Part shown: positions 31,401 through 41,309 of the stretch, piece after piece
Position numbering within the stretch: the first letter of the stretch is position 1
Layout: each line of letters opens with the position of its first letter
Source: a virus
Taxonomy: Duplodnaviria > Caudoviricetes
IMG/VR virus record: IMGVR_UViG_3300030389_002358
Span: 1-63,852 of that record
Reading direction: 5' to 3' (one strand)
Length of the DNA: 63,852 bases
Notes under the pieces: generated by a model
The model's database searches: none
What the model saw: the letters and a program-made list of their open reading frames with translations, nothing else
Told to the model about the DNA's origin: nothing
Program-made: the position numbers and the translations under genes

Positions 31401-34400
31401 TGTAGAATTAGTTGGGGTTGTAATTCCTAGTCCTAAATTTCCCTCACTAGAGAGCCTCATTTGCTCTGTTATACTACTAAGATGTTTTCTTGTTGAAAAT
31501 GTCAAAGCACTCGCATAATTAGTGTCTGTAGCGTTTTCTTTTATTCCTCTTATCTCTCCGAATATTGTATCAGTACCGTTAGAATGAAATTTACCACCAA
31601 GTCCAATACCACCACCAACTCCAGTAGCATAAGCAGTATCATCAAATACTTGCATAACTTCATAACCACCAGTACCATTAGATGGATTATTTACAGCAGT
31701 ACCTACAACGTGAAGTGGAACTATTGGTGATGCCGTTCCAATTCCTACTTTTCCAGTCTCAAACAAAAAGTTTCTACTACTATTATGGTTTTTAAATTTC
31801 AAACCATAACTACCTACCAATACAGATGAAGATGTATTTGTTGGACCATCAGTATCAGTAAATTCAAGTCTTAGTCCATGTTCACCTTGCCCTGAACTTG
31901 ATTTTGTTAAAACCAAAGTATTTGTAGGAGAACTATTATTTATTCCTACATTACCAGTTGATTTTACTGTCATCTTATTATTTGCACCACTTCCACCACC
32001 AACATAAAGATTAAATGCTGTGTTATTAACAAAGTTTAAAAATCCACCAGTACCACCACTATTTTGGAATATTAAATCTACATAAGAACTAGAACTTACA
32101 AATCTTCCAACGGTATTTTCACCAGAAACATGAAGTTTAGATGACGGGCTATCAGTTCCAATTCCAACATTTCCACCATGCGTGATACGCATTTTTTCAT
32201 CAGCATGTCCAACAGGCGCAGCGTCATCGTTACTATCTACACAGAATATTAAATTACCTATACCGTTACTTTGACTTGACGTGTCATCATCTGATATAAA
32301 ACCTACAGCACCTTTAATTTGTGTGTTGCCTAATTCAAAACCTAAACCAACTTTTCTATCATCTCCAAAAGTATCATGTTGTAATACCGCTGCTGCCGCA
32401 ATGCTATTACCACCCGTAAATACATTTAATGCTGCACCTGGCGATGCTGTTCCTATTCCAACTTTTCCACTTCCTTCTGCTTCAACAAAGAAAGCATGTG
32501 TACTGTTATTTGCTTCTACTCTAAAATCAACATCAACACTTGCTTCATTTACTACAACCTCATTTTGTGTTCCATTTTGTTTCATTGAAACTAGATGAAC
32601 ATTATCACCATAAAAATCTATAACACCATCAGAACTTTCTTTTATATATGTAGTACCATTATTATCAAATAATAATGCTTTTCCTGTTTTTAATGTAACA
32701 TCACCTTCAAAAGTTGCTAACTTGTTACTATCTAACGTCAACGCAAGTTCATTATCACCATTTAATACAGTGTTAAATATTAATGAAGCATCTCTTGAAC
32801 TACTTGTACTTGTCCAAGTTCCTTCTGCTTTACTACCCATTTGACCAGCCACATAATAAGGAGAGTTATCACTTCCTTGAACTCTAAAATCTATTAATGT
32901 TTTAGTATCAGCTATTGCGTTTGTATAATTACGTACAAGTAAAGATGTACCAGAAGCGGTAGCATTTGTAAACGTAGCAACTCCAGTGGCACCAAGTGTT
33001 AAAACTGGCGTTGCAACATTATCAGTATGAAAGTCCATTGTTTCACTACCTTGTAAATATCTTATTTGGCCTCTTTTTTCTGTGGCATCATCCGCTGTAC
33101 CATCTGCAAAGAATATTGAACCATAACCGCTAGTTCCACTATGTATTGTCATACCAGTATTACCACTACCACCACCAACTACAAGATCATCAGCATCAGC
33201 GTGAAAATCAGATGCTGTAGCGCCTATACCAACTTTATTACTAAACTTCGCGTTACCAGTTGCTCTAGCTATTCTTAAAAATTCTGCATTAGTGCCACTT
33301 ACTCTTCTTTCAAAGCTAAAATCTCCATCAGTGGCTCTATGAAGTATTCTCATGCCATGATCATTGTCTGAGTGTATTTCAAGTCCTGGTATTGTGTCTG
33401 AATTACCGTGCGCACTTATACCACCACCCTCACGTATACGGAATTGACCAGCAGCACCTGACGCTCCTATAGTAACAAAATCCGCTGTACCACCACCTAT
33501 TGATTCACATTTAAATAACCACGATTCGTTTCCTGTTTGTGTTATACTTAAAAACGTTCCATTATCTTGCAAGCTAGGCATGGTAATTACGTTAGTTTCT
33601 GCAGATAAACGTAAAGTTCCTGTGCTACCAGTTGTAATAAGTGAACCAGCAGTTAAACTACCTGATATTGTAGCATTACCAGTAAGGCTACCATCCCACT
33701 CTCCTGTAACACCTGTTAAATTACTACCATCACCGTATAATGTATCTGCATATATATTTGCAAATCTTACGGTGTTGGTACCTAAGTCGTAAGAACTATC
33801 TGCGTAAGGCTTTAGCGCATCGCTATCAAATCTAGCTCTATGAGTATCTGCTACTCTAAATATAATACTGTCATCAGTAGAAAACATTATTCTATTATGA
33901 TCATCTCTACCAATATCTGCAGTTGTTCTAATATTTCCTCCAAAAGTTGCGTGTTTACCGCTTTTAGCAATACTTAAAGCATCGCTACCGTCTATTTGAA
34001 ATTTTATACCACCAGTTGATGAGTGTTCATTATTAAGTGTAAATCCTCCATCAGATGAATTATATAATTCTAATTCTGTTTTTCTTGTAGTACCACCGCT
34101 ACTAAAATCTGCTATTATTTTTTTACTTGCTGTACCTAAAGTTACATCCCCTGCAAAAGTTGCGTTTCCTGTTTCTCTGTCTAAAATAAGCGCGTTATCA
34201 CTTAAACCATAAGCGTAAAAGTGTAAGTCACGATTCGTTCCTTGATTGACTATTTGCCAGTCGTTTGTAGCAGAGTTAGAACCTGATTTTGAACTCATAA
34301 CTATACCACCATCATTAGCAGTATTTTTCCCTATAAGCACATATTCATTGCTAGTTTGATAACTTTGATTAACTTTTAATGTGTCAGCAACATCCACATC

Positions 34401-37400
34401 TCCTGCAAAAGTTGCGTTTTGAGATTTATCTAGTGTAAGCGCTGTTGTTAAAGCCTCACCACCATCAGCTGTAGTATAAAATATCATTTTACTAGGAGAA
34501 TCACCATTTGCTACAGCTTGACCATCTGCTACTACAGCTATAGCACCCATTTGTGCAAAATCAGTTCCATCAAATCCTTGCCACCTTATTAAACCACCTT
34601 GACCATTAGGTAAAGCTACTGTTGGCGCAGAAGCATCTCTTGCTCTCAATGATATTAAATTAGCTGTACCATCTCTTCTACCTTCTACAATTAATGAGCC
34701 TCCTTCACCAGCACCACTACCACCGTCAGGGTTTGAATCATCATTAACGTGAACTTTACCATGAAAGGTTGCGTTTTGAGATGTATCTATATCTAATGCT
34801 ATAGTACCACTTGTACCTATTCTTAATTGGTCATCTGTAGTTGTAAATAATGATAACTTATTATTACCCGCAGCTAATATTCCTTTTGTATTGCTTGATT
34901 CAAGGGCTAGCAAAGCACCATTTGTAGAATTTTCGTATACGTGTAATATTTGTGCTGCCTCATCCCATCCACTGCCTGAAGGACTTGACGTTCCCACACC
35001 AACATTTTGGTGGAAAATAGCATCACCACCCGCTTCAAATGTAGCTACTATTGTACCATTTGGAGATCCATCTCCTGCTATATCATTTGTGTTGTTAGTA
35101 AAAAATCTAAACGCACCACCAGTTGCTGTATTACCAGCTACTAAATCATTATTACCATTGTTACCTAACTGTAAATATGCCCAACCAAGATTACCTCTGT
35201 AATTAGCAGTGTTATTATATAATAATTTTAATGTTTCATTGCTACCGCCAAGCGTAATGCCATTGTTAAAGGTTGCAAGGCCTGAACTTGTAATTGTTCC
35301 TCCAAAAGTTGCGTTGTGACTTTCTAATTTTAAACTTGCACTACCTTGTGAGCCCGCTGCATATGTAAAGAACTCTAATGATGAATCTTCACTACCATCT
35401 GAAACATCAGTCATCATGCCTCTTATCAATACTGATTCTATTTGTTCACCAGCATCATTATCACCATACATGTAAATTCTACCAGTCTCGTCATTATCTG
35501 CTGGACTTGCAGAGTCTTTAATTAATCTTAATTGTGGGGCTTGACCATCTGCGTTAGTATTTTTTACAGTTAAAAATGGCTTTGTGCTTGTTGATGATTC
35601 TAAAGTTACATCACCTGCAAAAGTTGCATCCCCTGCGTTTGTAACTTTAAACTGTTCTGATGTACCACCGCCATACCAAATTAAAGGTTGATTTGAAGTT
35701 GTGTTATAATTTAAACTTATTTGACCACCACTAGTTCCAGATATTTTTGCAGCAGCGCCATTAAACTCTAAGTCATTACCATTTATTCTTACATCATCCG
35801 CGAAAGTTGCTTTATTTGAATTATCAAATGTAAGACCAGCACTATTAACACCTATTTCCAAAACAGCACTTGACGCTGTGTCTGCTGTAGGTATTCTAAA
35901 CTGTATAAAACCATCGGCTAAAGCACCGCTATAATCTTCAAGTTGTAGCCTCGTTATTCTATTTGTTGTATTTGTACCCCTTAATCTTAATACAGCATCA
36001 TTGCTAGCACCTTGATTTTGCTTGACATGTAAAGCTGCGCTTGGCTCAGTAAAAGATTCTCCAATACCTATATAACCATTAGAATGTCTTATAGCCATCC
36101 TAGTAGTATAACTACCGCCACCTTTAAATTCTACATTACCTGCGCCGCTCCAGCCATACTGCAAAGTATTTCCACTTTGTACTCTAGCTATTGTTCTTTC
36201 TGTATTACTAGTATCTTTTGCTCTTAGCTCATTGCTATTATTTAAAACAATATTTTTAGTAGAACCTGTTAAAGTTATATTTCCATCAAAGTCTACATCA
36301 CCGGCAAAAGTTGCAGATGTATTACTAGTTAAAACTAAGTTATCAACTTCTCCGTTACCTCCTAATCCTAAAGTACCTCCATCATCAGTAACACCAGCTC
36401 TTGCTCTTATTGCACCATTAGAATAAATACCAGCTGTATTATCTACGTATAGGTAATTATGTGATACTTTAACTATACCATCATTTCTAACGTACATTAA
36501 TTCTTGATCATCAGCGCTTCTTAATCTAAGGTTATACGATTGATCATCACTAGTAGGTCCTTTAACTTCTAATTTAGCGTCTGGATCTGTTACTCCAATT
36601 CCTACTTTTCCGTCTTCCTGTATTCTTACTAACTCACTACCACTACCTGATTCTCCATTTGTGTAAAACGCAAAATATCTATTAGTATCATCATTATCTG
36701 TGTCAATATTAAATGTCATTAACTCTTTAGCGTTAATATGACCAGACGCTGTATCTGCTTTACCTAAATGTAATATACCACCCTCAACAGTTACAGCCCC
36801 TGCAAAAGTTGCTGCACTCGTTGTTAATGTAAATTTGTCTCCTGTTCCTAATGTACCACCACTTGAAATTTTAAATGAATTATCAGTATTATCTTTTCCT
36901 ATTGCCCAATTATCAGTGTTATTACCTGACGCATCATCAGTACCAAATGTAACTTGTGAATCACCATTTGCAGAAATTAATAATTGTGTGCCTCCATTTC
37001 TTCTTGATAATGAATAACCTTCTGCGTCATTTGTTATTTGAGTTACTTTACCATTTATTGTGTGAGCGTCACCAAAATTATCACCAATAGTTGAGTTTCC
37101 ATATACAGATAAAGTTCCTTCTATAAGCGCATTACCTGCAAAAGTTGTATCTAAACTTGAAGCAAAGGTTGCTATTGTATTGTTAGCACTGTTTTTAATT
37201 CTAACTGAACCACCACTAACACCCGCAATAAAATTAGATGCGGTTATGTCTCCACCTGATACGGTAACATCTCCTGCAAAAGTTGCATCACCATTATGAT
37301 CAACAGTAAGTTTATCTGTGCCGCCTTTATCTAAAGTAAGTAAATTACCAGTACCATCACCTCTGACATATAAAACATCACCCGTAGAACTAGCATTATC

Positions 37401-40169
37401 TGACCTTACAGAAACTACAGCTTGAGTATCTACGCCAGTATGATTAGCGTTTGTGTAAAAATATGCAGTAGCTTTATCTGTTAAATTTGTACTATCAATT
37501 TGAAACTTTCTTGATGGAGCAGTAACATTTATTCCTACGTTACCACCACTTGTTATAACCATTTTTTCAGTAGAGTCGTTGGTTAAAAATCTAATATCAG
37601 TTATAGAACCACCAAACTGAACATCATCACTACTGTCTAATGTTAATATATTTCTTTCAGCACCAGCATTGTTTTTAAAACGAAGATTTACGCTATTATT
37701 TAAAACAAGGTTACCAGTCATTGTATCACCTGCTTTAGCTACTTTAGTTGCAATACTATTTGTTACTGTTGTACTAAAGTTTGCATCGTCACCTAACGCT
37801 GCTGCTAGTTCGTTTAATGTATCTAAAGCTGCTGGTGATGAGTCTACTAAGTTTGTTACAGCTGTATCTACGTATGCTGTTGTAGCTACTTTAGTTGAGT
37901 TATCACTTGCTGACTGAGTTGTTGCTGTTGTTGCAGTATTGATTGTACCATTTAAATCACCATTAAATGTTGTGGCTGTTACGTTATTTGGAAAAGTTGC
38001 GTTTTGTGATGCTGATATGGAAAGACCTAAAGTTCCATTTGTAAATACTCTAAATGGATTTGTTCCTGATTTTAATATATCTGCGTCAGTGCTTAAAGTT
38101 ATATCACCTGTCATAGTGCCACCAGCTTTTGGTAAAGCTGCGTTAGCAGTAGTCGTAGTAGATGTTAACACAGCATCTCTTGCTGCTATATCTACACCAT
38201 CAACTGTACCGCTAACAACTATGTTTCCTGTAACATCAATACCACCGGTTGTTGTTTCTATTTTTAATGAATTATCATAGTAGAGTTTTACAGCGCCATC
38301 TTTGTAGAATAATCCCATTTTACCATTAGAAAATGAGCCATCACTTATTAGTCCAATAAAAGTACCGTTTGTATCAAAATATAAATTACCTTCGTTTAAA
38401 TCTCTTACGTAACTGTTATTTCCATCATGATACATTACTAAATCTCCTGACGCTCCAAACTTTAATCTATTATTAGAACCACCACTACTATCTCCAAATT
38501 GTATTAGATTTCCATTTGGATCTAGCGTTCCACCTAGTTGCGGTGTTGTATCTTCAACCACGTTATTTATAGATACAGCTTGTACCCGTGCGTCTGTATA
38601 ATAAAGATTACTACTACCTTCTCCAATATCATCAGTGTCTAATGTTAATGTACCACCTAAAGCTAAACTGTTTGAATTTATTGTTACGCTAGAATTAGCT
38701 AGAGAACTATTTGGAATACTTGATAAGGCAAAGTCAATGTGATTATTAGCGTCGTCGTATGTTACAGCGATGCCACCAGTTTCATCACCACCAAGCATGC
38801 TACCAATAACATCTTGAACTTGTTCGTTAGTTAGTTGAGTAGCAGCTATAGTTAATGCATTACCAGCATCATCATAAGTTAACGTTATATTAGAACCAGC
38901 TGTTAATAATGAATTAACTCTGTCATCAACTCTTTCATTAGTAAAGTATAAATTGCTACTGCCCTCTGTTATTTCATCTGTATTATCTTTTGTTGCTACA
39001 GCTGCATTTATTCTATCGTCTATAGCAGCTGATGTCATTATGCTTGTATCATTATCTGCAAAAGACTCAGAAGCTGTTTGCACAGCTGATATGTTTACGC
39101 TATCAAGTTGTATTGGTCTTGAAAAAATAACGTTTTGAGAAGAGTGATCAAAACGCATTAACTCTGTCATTACACTTGAGTCTGACGATGAGCTTATACG
39201 AAATATTAAATCTTTATTAAGGCCTTGTTTTTGAAACTCAATATCACCATTATTAGTATGGTATATTCTTAAATCAGCGTTAGCACCTATAGTAAACATA
39301 CCGCTATCATCAACTTTTAAATTACCTGTAGTTGTCTGATGGGTATTGGAAACGGTAGTAACGATAATTGAGTCTGGTAAACCTATTTGTATTTGATTAC
39401 CTGATCCCGCTGTTTCTATTTCATTTGAAGTACCAACTATAGATAATGTTTCACTGTCTAAGTCAATTGATAATGCGCCGCCGGTATCGCCTTGAAAGTC
39501 TAAATCTTGCGCAGTTATTTGTGAATCAACATAAGATTTTATTTGGGCTTGTGTAGATAAACCATTACCATTATCTGATACAGCGCCAGTTACTATTGCT
39601 AGCGAGGCTGTTGGGCCTGTACCGTTTGTTATTGTTAATTGATTTGTTGTTGTTGATTGTACCTGTGTTAGGTTACTTGCACCAATTGCTGATGGTGCTA
39701 TAGCATATATTTCTCCTGATGTTATGCTACCTTTTGCTGCTATAGGAACAGATAGTGTTAGCGTTTTAAAGTCACCATCTGTAGATATGTTTGTTATAGT
39801 AAATACACCAAAGTTGTTTTGATTATCAACATTGGATATAATTACATTTTTATTTAATAAACTTTGAATAAAATCTGCCTTAGTATTGCTTGGATCATTA
39901 AAAGAAAATACACTTATTCTTATAGTTCTCGTTGCATTAGTTTCAAAGTTTGTTTGACTTGGTGCATCTAAATAACCAGAAGCCTGACCTATTGAAGTGT
40001 CGTATTTAAATGTTATCTGGTCAGCTACTCCTGCCGCGTTGGTTGCTCTTAAAAAATCAGTTATACTAGCAAAAGTATAATTTCTTGTGCCACCACCCGA
40101 GTCAGAACCAAGCAGCTTATCATTATTACTTAATGATTGATCAGCTTGTATATTTTTTATTTTGGGCAT
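28413..40169 (-). CDS. Giant modular tail fibre/spike with C-terminal peptidase S74 intramolecular chaperone
   Basis: 3918 aa; repeated (N/D)ATFAG(D/N)V and G(N/K)VGIGT junctions; LDTLNELAAALGDD and TDEITEGSSNLYFT motifs; C-terminal TSDYRLKED...GVLAHEL...VDYSKLVPVLLKSIQEL. Confidence 0.9.
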   Translation of the reverse strand: MPKIKNIQADQSLSNNDKLLGSDSGGGTRNYTFASITDFLRATNAAGVADQITFKYDTSIGQASGYLDAPSQTNFETNATRTIRISVFSFNDPSNTKADFIQSLLNKNVIISNVDNQNNFGVFTITNISTDGDFKTLTLSVPIAAKGSITSGEIYAIAPSAIGASNLTQVQSTTTNQLTITNGTGPTASLAIVTGAVSDNGNGLSTQAQIKSYVDSQITAQDLDFQGDTGGALSIDLDSETLSIVGTSNEIETAGSGNQIQIGLPDSIIVTTVSNTHQTTTGNLKVDDSGMFTIGANADLRIYHTNNGDIEFQKQGLNKDLIFRISSSSDSSVMTELMRFDHSSQNVIFSRPIQLDSVNISAVQTASESFADNDTSIMTSAAIDDRINAAVATKDNTDEITEGSSNLYFTNERVDDRVNSLLTAGSNITLTYDDAGNALTIAATQLTNEQVQDVIGSMLGGDETGGIAVTYDDANNHIDFALSSIPNSSLANSSVTINSNSLALGGTLTLDTDDIGEGSSNLYYTDARVQAVSINNVVEDTTPQLGGTLDPNGNLIQFGDSSGGSNNRLKFGASGDLVMYHDGNNSYVRDLNEGNLYFDTNGTFIGLISDGSFSNGKMGLFYKDGAVKLYYDNSLKIETTTGGIDVTGNIVVSGTVDGVDIAARDAVLTSTTTTANAALPKAGGTMTGDITLSTDADILKSGTNPFRVFTNGTLGLSISASQNATFPNNVTATTFNGDLNGTINTATTATTQSASDNSTKVATTAYVDTAVTNLVDSSPAALDTLNELAAALGDDANFSTTVTNSIATKVAKAGDTMTGNLVLNNSVNLRFKNNAGAERNILTLDSSDDVQFGGSITDIRFLTNDSTEKMVITSGGNVGINVTAPSRKFQIDSTNLTDKATAYFYTNANHTGVDTQAVVSVRSDNASSTGDVLYVRGDGTGNLLTLDKGGTDKLTVDHNGDATFAGDVTVSGGDITASNFIAGVSGGSVRIKNSANNTIATFASSLDTTFAGNALIEGTLSVYGNSTIGDNFGDAHTINGKVTQITNDAEGYSLSRRNGGTQLLISANGDSQVTFGTDDASGNNTDNWAIGKDNTDNSFKISSGGTLGTGDKFTLTTSAATFAGAVTVEGGILHLGKADTASGHINAKELMTFNIDTDNDDTNRYFAFYTNGESGSGSELVRIQEDGKVGIGVTDPDAKLEVKGPTSDDQSYNLRLRSADDQELMYVRNDGIVKVSHNYLYVDNTAGIYSNGAIRARAGVTDDGGTLGLGGNGEVDNLVLTSNTSATFAGDVDFDGNITLTGSTKNIVLNNSNELRAKDTSNTERTIARVQSGNTLQYGWSGAGNVEFKGGGSYTTRMAIRHSNGYIGIGESFTEPSAALHVKQNQGASNDAVLRLRGTNTTNRITRLQLEDYSGALADGFIQFRIPTADTASSAVLEIGVNSAGLTFDNSNKATFADDVRINGNDLEFNGAAAKISGTSGGQISLNYNTTSNQPLIWYGGGTSEQFKVTNAGDATFAGDVTLESSTSTKPFLTVKNTNADGQAPQLRLIKDSASPADNDETGRIYMYGDNDAGEQIESVLIRGMMTDVSDGSEDSSLEFFTYAAGSQGSASLKLESHNATFGGTITSSGLATFNNGITLGGSNETLKLLYNNTANYRGNLGWAYLQLGNNGNNDLVAGNTATGGAFRFFTNNTNDIAGDGSPNGTIVATFEAGGDAIFHQNVGVGTSSPSGSGWDEAAQILHVYENSTNGALLALESSNTKGILAAGNNKLSLFTTTDDQLRIGTSGTIALDIDTSQNATFHGKVHVNDDSNPDGGSGAGEGGSLIVEGRRDGTANLISLRARDASAPTVALPNGQGGLIRWQGFDGTDFAQMGAIAVVADGQAVANGDSPSKMIFYTTADGGEALTTALTLDKSQNATFAGDVDVADTLKVNQSYQTSNEYVLIGKNTANDGGIVMSSKSGSNSATNDWQIVNQGTNRDLHFYAYGLSDNALILDRETGNATFAGDVTLGTASKKIIADFSSGGTTRKTELELYNSSDGGFTLNNEHSSTGGIKFQIDGSDALSIAKSGKHATFGGNIRTTADIGRDDHNRIMFSTDDSIIFRVADTHRARFDSDALKPYADSSYDLGTNTVRFANIYADTLYGDGSNLTGVTGEWDGSLTGNATISGSLTAGSLITTGSTGTLRLSAETNVITMPSLQDNGTFLSITQTGNESWLFKCESIGGGTADFVTIGASGAAGQFRIREGGGISAHGNSDTIPGLEIHSDNDHGMRILHRATDGDFSFERRVSGTNAEFLRIARATGNAKFSNKVGIGATASDFHADADDLVVGGGSGNTGMTIHSGTSGYGSIFFADGTADDATEKRGQIRYLQGSETMDFHTDNVATPVLTLGATGVATFTNATASGTSLLVRNYTNAIADTKTLIDFRVQGSDNSPYYVAGQMGSKAEGTWTSTSSSRDASLIFNTVLNGDNELALTLDSNKLATFEGDVTLKTGKALLFDNNGTTYIKESSDGVIDFYGDNVHLVSMKQNGTQNEVVVNEASVDVDFRVEANNSTHAFFVEAEGSGKVGIGTASPGAALNVFTGGNSIAAAAVLQHDTFGDDRKVGLGFELGNTQIKGAVGFISDDDTSSQSNGIGNLIFCVDSNDDAAPVGHADEKMRITHGGNVGIGTDSPSSKLHVSGENTVGRFVSSSSYVDLIFQNSGGTGGFLNFVNNTAFNLYVGGGSGANNKMTVKSTGNVGINNSSPTNTLVLTKSSSGQGEHGLRLEFTDTDGPTNTSSSVLVGSYGLKFKNHNSSRNFLFETGKVGIGTASPIVPLHVVGTAVNNPSNGTGGYEVMQVFDDTAYATGVGGGIGLGGKFHSNGTDTIFGEIRGIKENATDTNYASALTFSTRKHLSSITEQMRLSSEGNLGLGITTPTNSTNYKTLDIRGTSGGQILLGRTGVDFFLYSTSASTHLASNSGQDLVFHTGGSGSSNERLRIDSSGNVGIGTDSPEAILSIARNATKTNTGTAEVMHIGTSSETSNYSTLQVTTVGASAAADRKFNFQTIEQGVANAGNLNLQPSGGNVGIGTNDPAGKLHIKESSTQLILETPNTTNDIDFRWRENGTNKWNMRYQNSTNALEFLNQTSGSTLFQLSFLADGSSTFGGNVSTSGASTDFHANASNLVVGSGSGNQGLTIFSGSSAGNYGSIYFADGRADGAEEYRGMITYEQNNEIMRFHTNTTEALKLDLNQDATFAGNATINGYVVTDGQVGVDTFSPYTGTMLHVSGATTAPDTSATNPTNTTAIFSNSDVAYGTLFATHGSGIGEIMQRRTNTATYYDLHLQPHGGESAGVGIGGSVAAGFKFQVNGNANFTENVSMAAAKKIIFGGVTGSGNNAAEIVYNSGILNITADASVANKVQICGDTIEAEEGGVATFANGITVQGGGVSSNTVTVTDTITGGTGKNYASKHSATNLAAGWYTIATNTGDRAQGRFRLVDQTSSRHQAVEFYAAHHFGTDASNQLTVLMNSGFSTEIFTQLRIKDHGTYDGAALQVYIANATNTVDVFLIDQAQTSSGWVVKDFIADATDPGDVDNYASFTSKADLVLSRNDYSVSTTGAFYNKKPNAGTIGLFQGSRNFGLKFQETSVDSGVSQFQIIGINESNSYNNLHLRSAIGTGLVIDTNNDVGIGISSPDAPLHIAAASNANNAEIIRLAYTDGTKDQYRLQLKQTVTSGNVRYNFCMVNNNSAFDDMLIFDQGNIYINPSSPTGTLNTASTSGTGIRFPSGANDSGVMVSVSDESTPNIALVKHSDGSTAGREFIRFVTEGSTSGEIVTGGSTSVCAYNTTSDYRLKEDLKDFDGLDITSKIKMYDFKWKESDTRGYGVLAHELQEVVPSAVTREKDGEQMQGVDYSKLVPVLLKSIQELEARVKELENK
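30451..37286. repeat. Dispersed 14-bp repeat CCTGCAAAAGTTGC inside the tail fibre gene
   Basis: Exact copies at 30451, 34150, 34402, 35614, 36799 and 37273; near copies at 30724, 32704, 33937, 35299, 36301 and 37135. Confidence 0.9.
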
Positions 40170-40571
40170 TTATTTTTGTTTATTAAACTTTTCAAAACTT
40201 CGACCGCCGAAATAGGCCCCGATCACAGTGATCAAAACCAATTGAAGTAAATCTGTCCACTTCTGCTCGACGTTAAATGTTATCGACCCACTGTCGATGA
40301 ATACCATGAGCACGGTCGTCACTATTAGGAATATAAGAACGAGAGGACGAACTGAACGCGTTAACCAGTTTCCGTGCTCTAAATCTGCTTGCCACCTTTC
40401 GGTTACATTTTTTTGCATTGCTGCTTCAGCGTCAATAAATATCTGCGTCATTTCTTTTTCAAATGCTGCTTTCTCGTCTTTTGTTCTTATGAATCTGTCA
40501 GCCACGCCAGCTAATTTGTCAACTACGCTACCTCCAGCTTTACCGAATATTTTAGCTATTATTTCACTCAT
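40170..40571 (-). CDS. Holin-like protein (3TM / GTA-holin type)
   Basis: RWQAD...WLTRSVRPLVL followed by TM helices and C-terminal GAYFGGRSFEK. Confidence 0.75.
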   Translation of the reverse strand: MSEIIAKIFGKAGGSVVDKLAGVADRFIRTKDEKAAFEKEMTQIFIDAEAAMQKNVTERWQADLEHGNWLTRSVRPLVLIFLIVTTVLMVFIDSGSITFNVEQKWTDLLQLVLITVIGAYFGGRSFEKFNKQK

Positions 40572-40572
40572 T

Positions 40573-40740
40573 TTATTTTATTTTACAATTGTGCATGTTT
40601 ATAAACCAATTAGCAAGCTGCACATCTCGCTTTGTTGCGTCTTTACGTGACTTTAGCTTTTTAACTTTACCGCAGGTTACGTCGCCTCCGTATAATTTAT
40701 TTATACGAGCTTTTAAAACACCGCGGTAAGCTTTAGCCAT
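40573..40740 (-). CDS. Small basic protein (55 aa, below the ORF-track cutoff)
   Basis: MAKAYRGVLKARINKLYGGDVTCGKVKKLK...ANWFINMHNCKIK; fills the gap exactly between coupled genes. Confidence 0.7.
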   Translation of the reverse strand: MAKAYRGVLKARINKLYGGDVTCGKVKKLKSRKDATKRDVQLANWFINMHNCKIK

Positions 40741-41291
40741 TACCTTCTTCTTTCTTCCATTCGGCTAGCTCTTCTGTTAAGCCTATCAGCTTTTAAGTTT
40801 CTTCTAGCATCTTTTCTACGTTTTCTAGCTGCAGATAAATTACTTGAAGCGTTACTCTTTTCTTGTTTTTCTTCTTTATCTTCTTTATCTTTGAAAACTT
40901 CTATATTAACTTTACTAGCGCCAAAATTTGGTGTTCCACCTCTAAAAATATTACTCGGCCCATAGTGTTTATTTGCCGGTGCGGTTTCCATCATGTTCAT
41001 TGTTTTATTACTAAAGTTACCTGGAGAGTAATTTTCAGCATAACCCATGTTTTTAGGATGTGGTCCACCACCACTCATTTCAGGTCCAATATACTTTAAT
41101 TTATCTGGGTTTGCTTCAGCTAGTTTTTTAAGTCCCGCTGACGCTGGCATTGTATGTCCATCTTCTGGTGAGTGTCCATCTTTTGGTTCGTACATATCTG
41201 GATGAGACATATGTGGCTTATCATAGTGATTTTTTACGTTATAATTTTCTGGAAACTTTAACGGATCTTTATGTTTTCCTGTTCCTGGCAT
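40740..41291 (-). CDS. Hypothetical low-complexity protein
   Basis: 183 aa, Pro/His/Met-rich with an Arg-rich C-terminus. Confidence 0.65.
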   Translation of the reverse strand: MPGTGKHKDPLKFPENYNVKNHYDKPHMSHPDMYEPKDGHSPEDGHTMPASAGLKKLAEANPDKLKYIGPEMSGGGPHPKNMGYAENYSPGNFSNKTMNMMETAPANKHYGPSNIFRGGTPNFGASKVNIEVFKDKEDKEEKQEKSNASSNLSAARKRRKDARRNLKADRLNRRASRMEERRR

Positions 41292-41309
41292 AATTTTAAA
41301 ATTTATTTG

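Noticed and set aside
28413-40169. Diversity-generating retroelement or shufflon acting on the tail fibre
   Set aside because: No reverse transcriptase, no adenine-variant TR/VR pair seen, no invertase, and all junction repeats are in the same orientation within one open frame.
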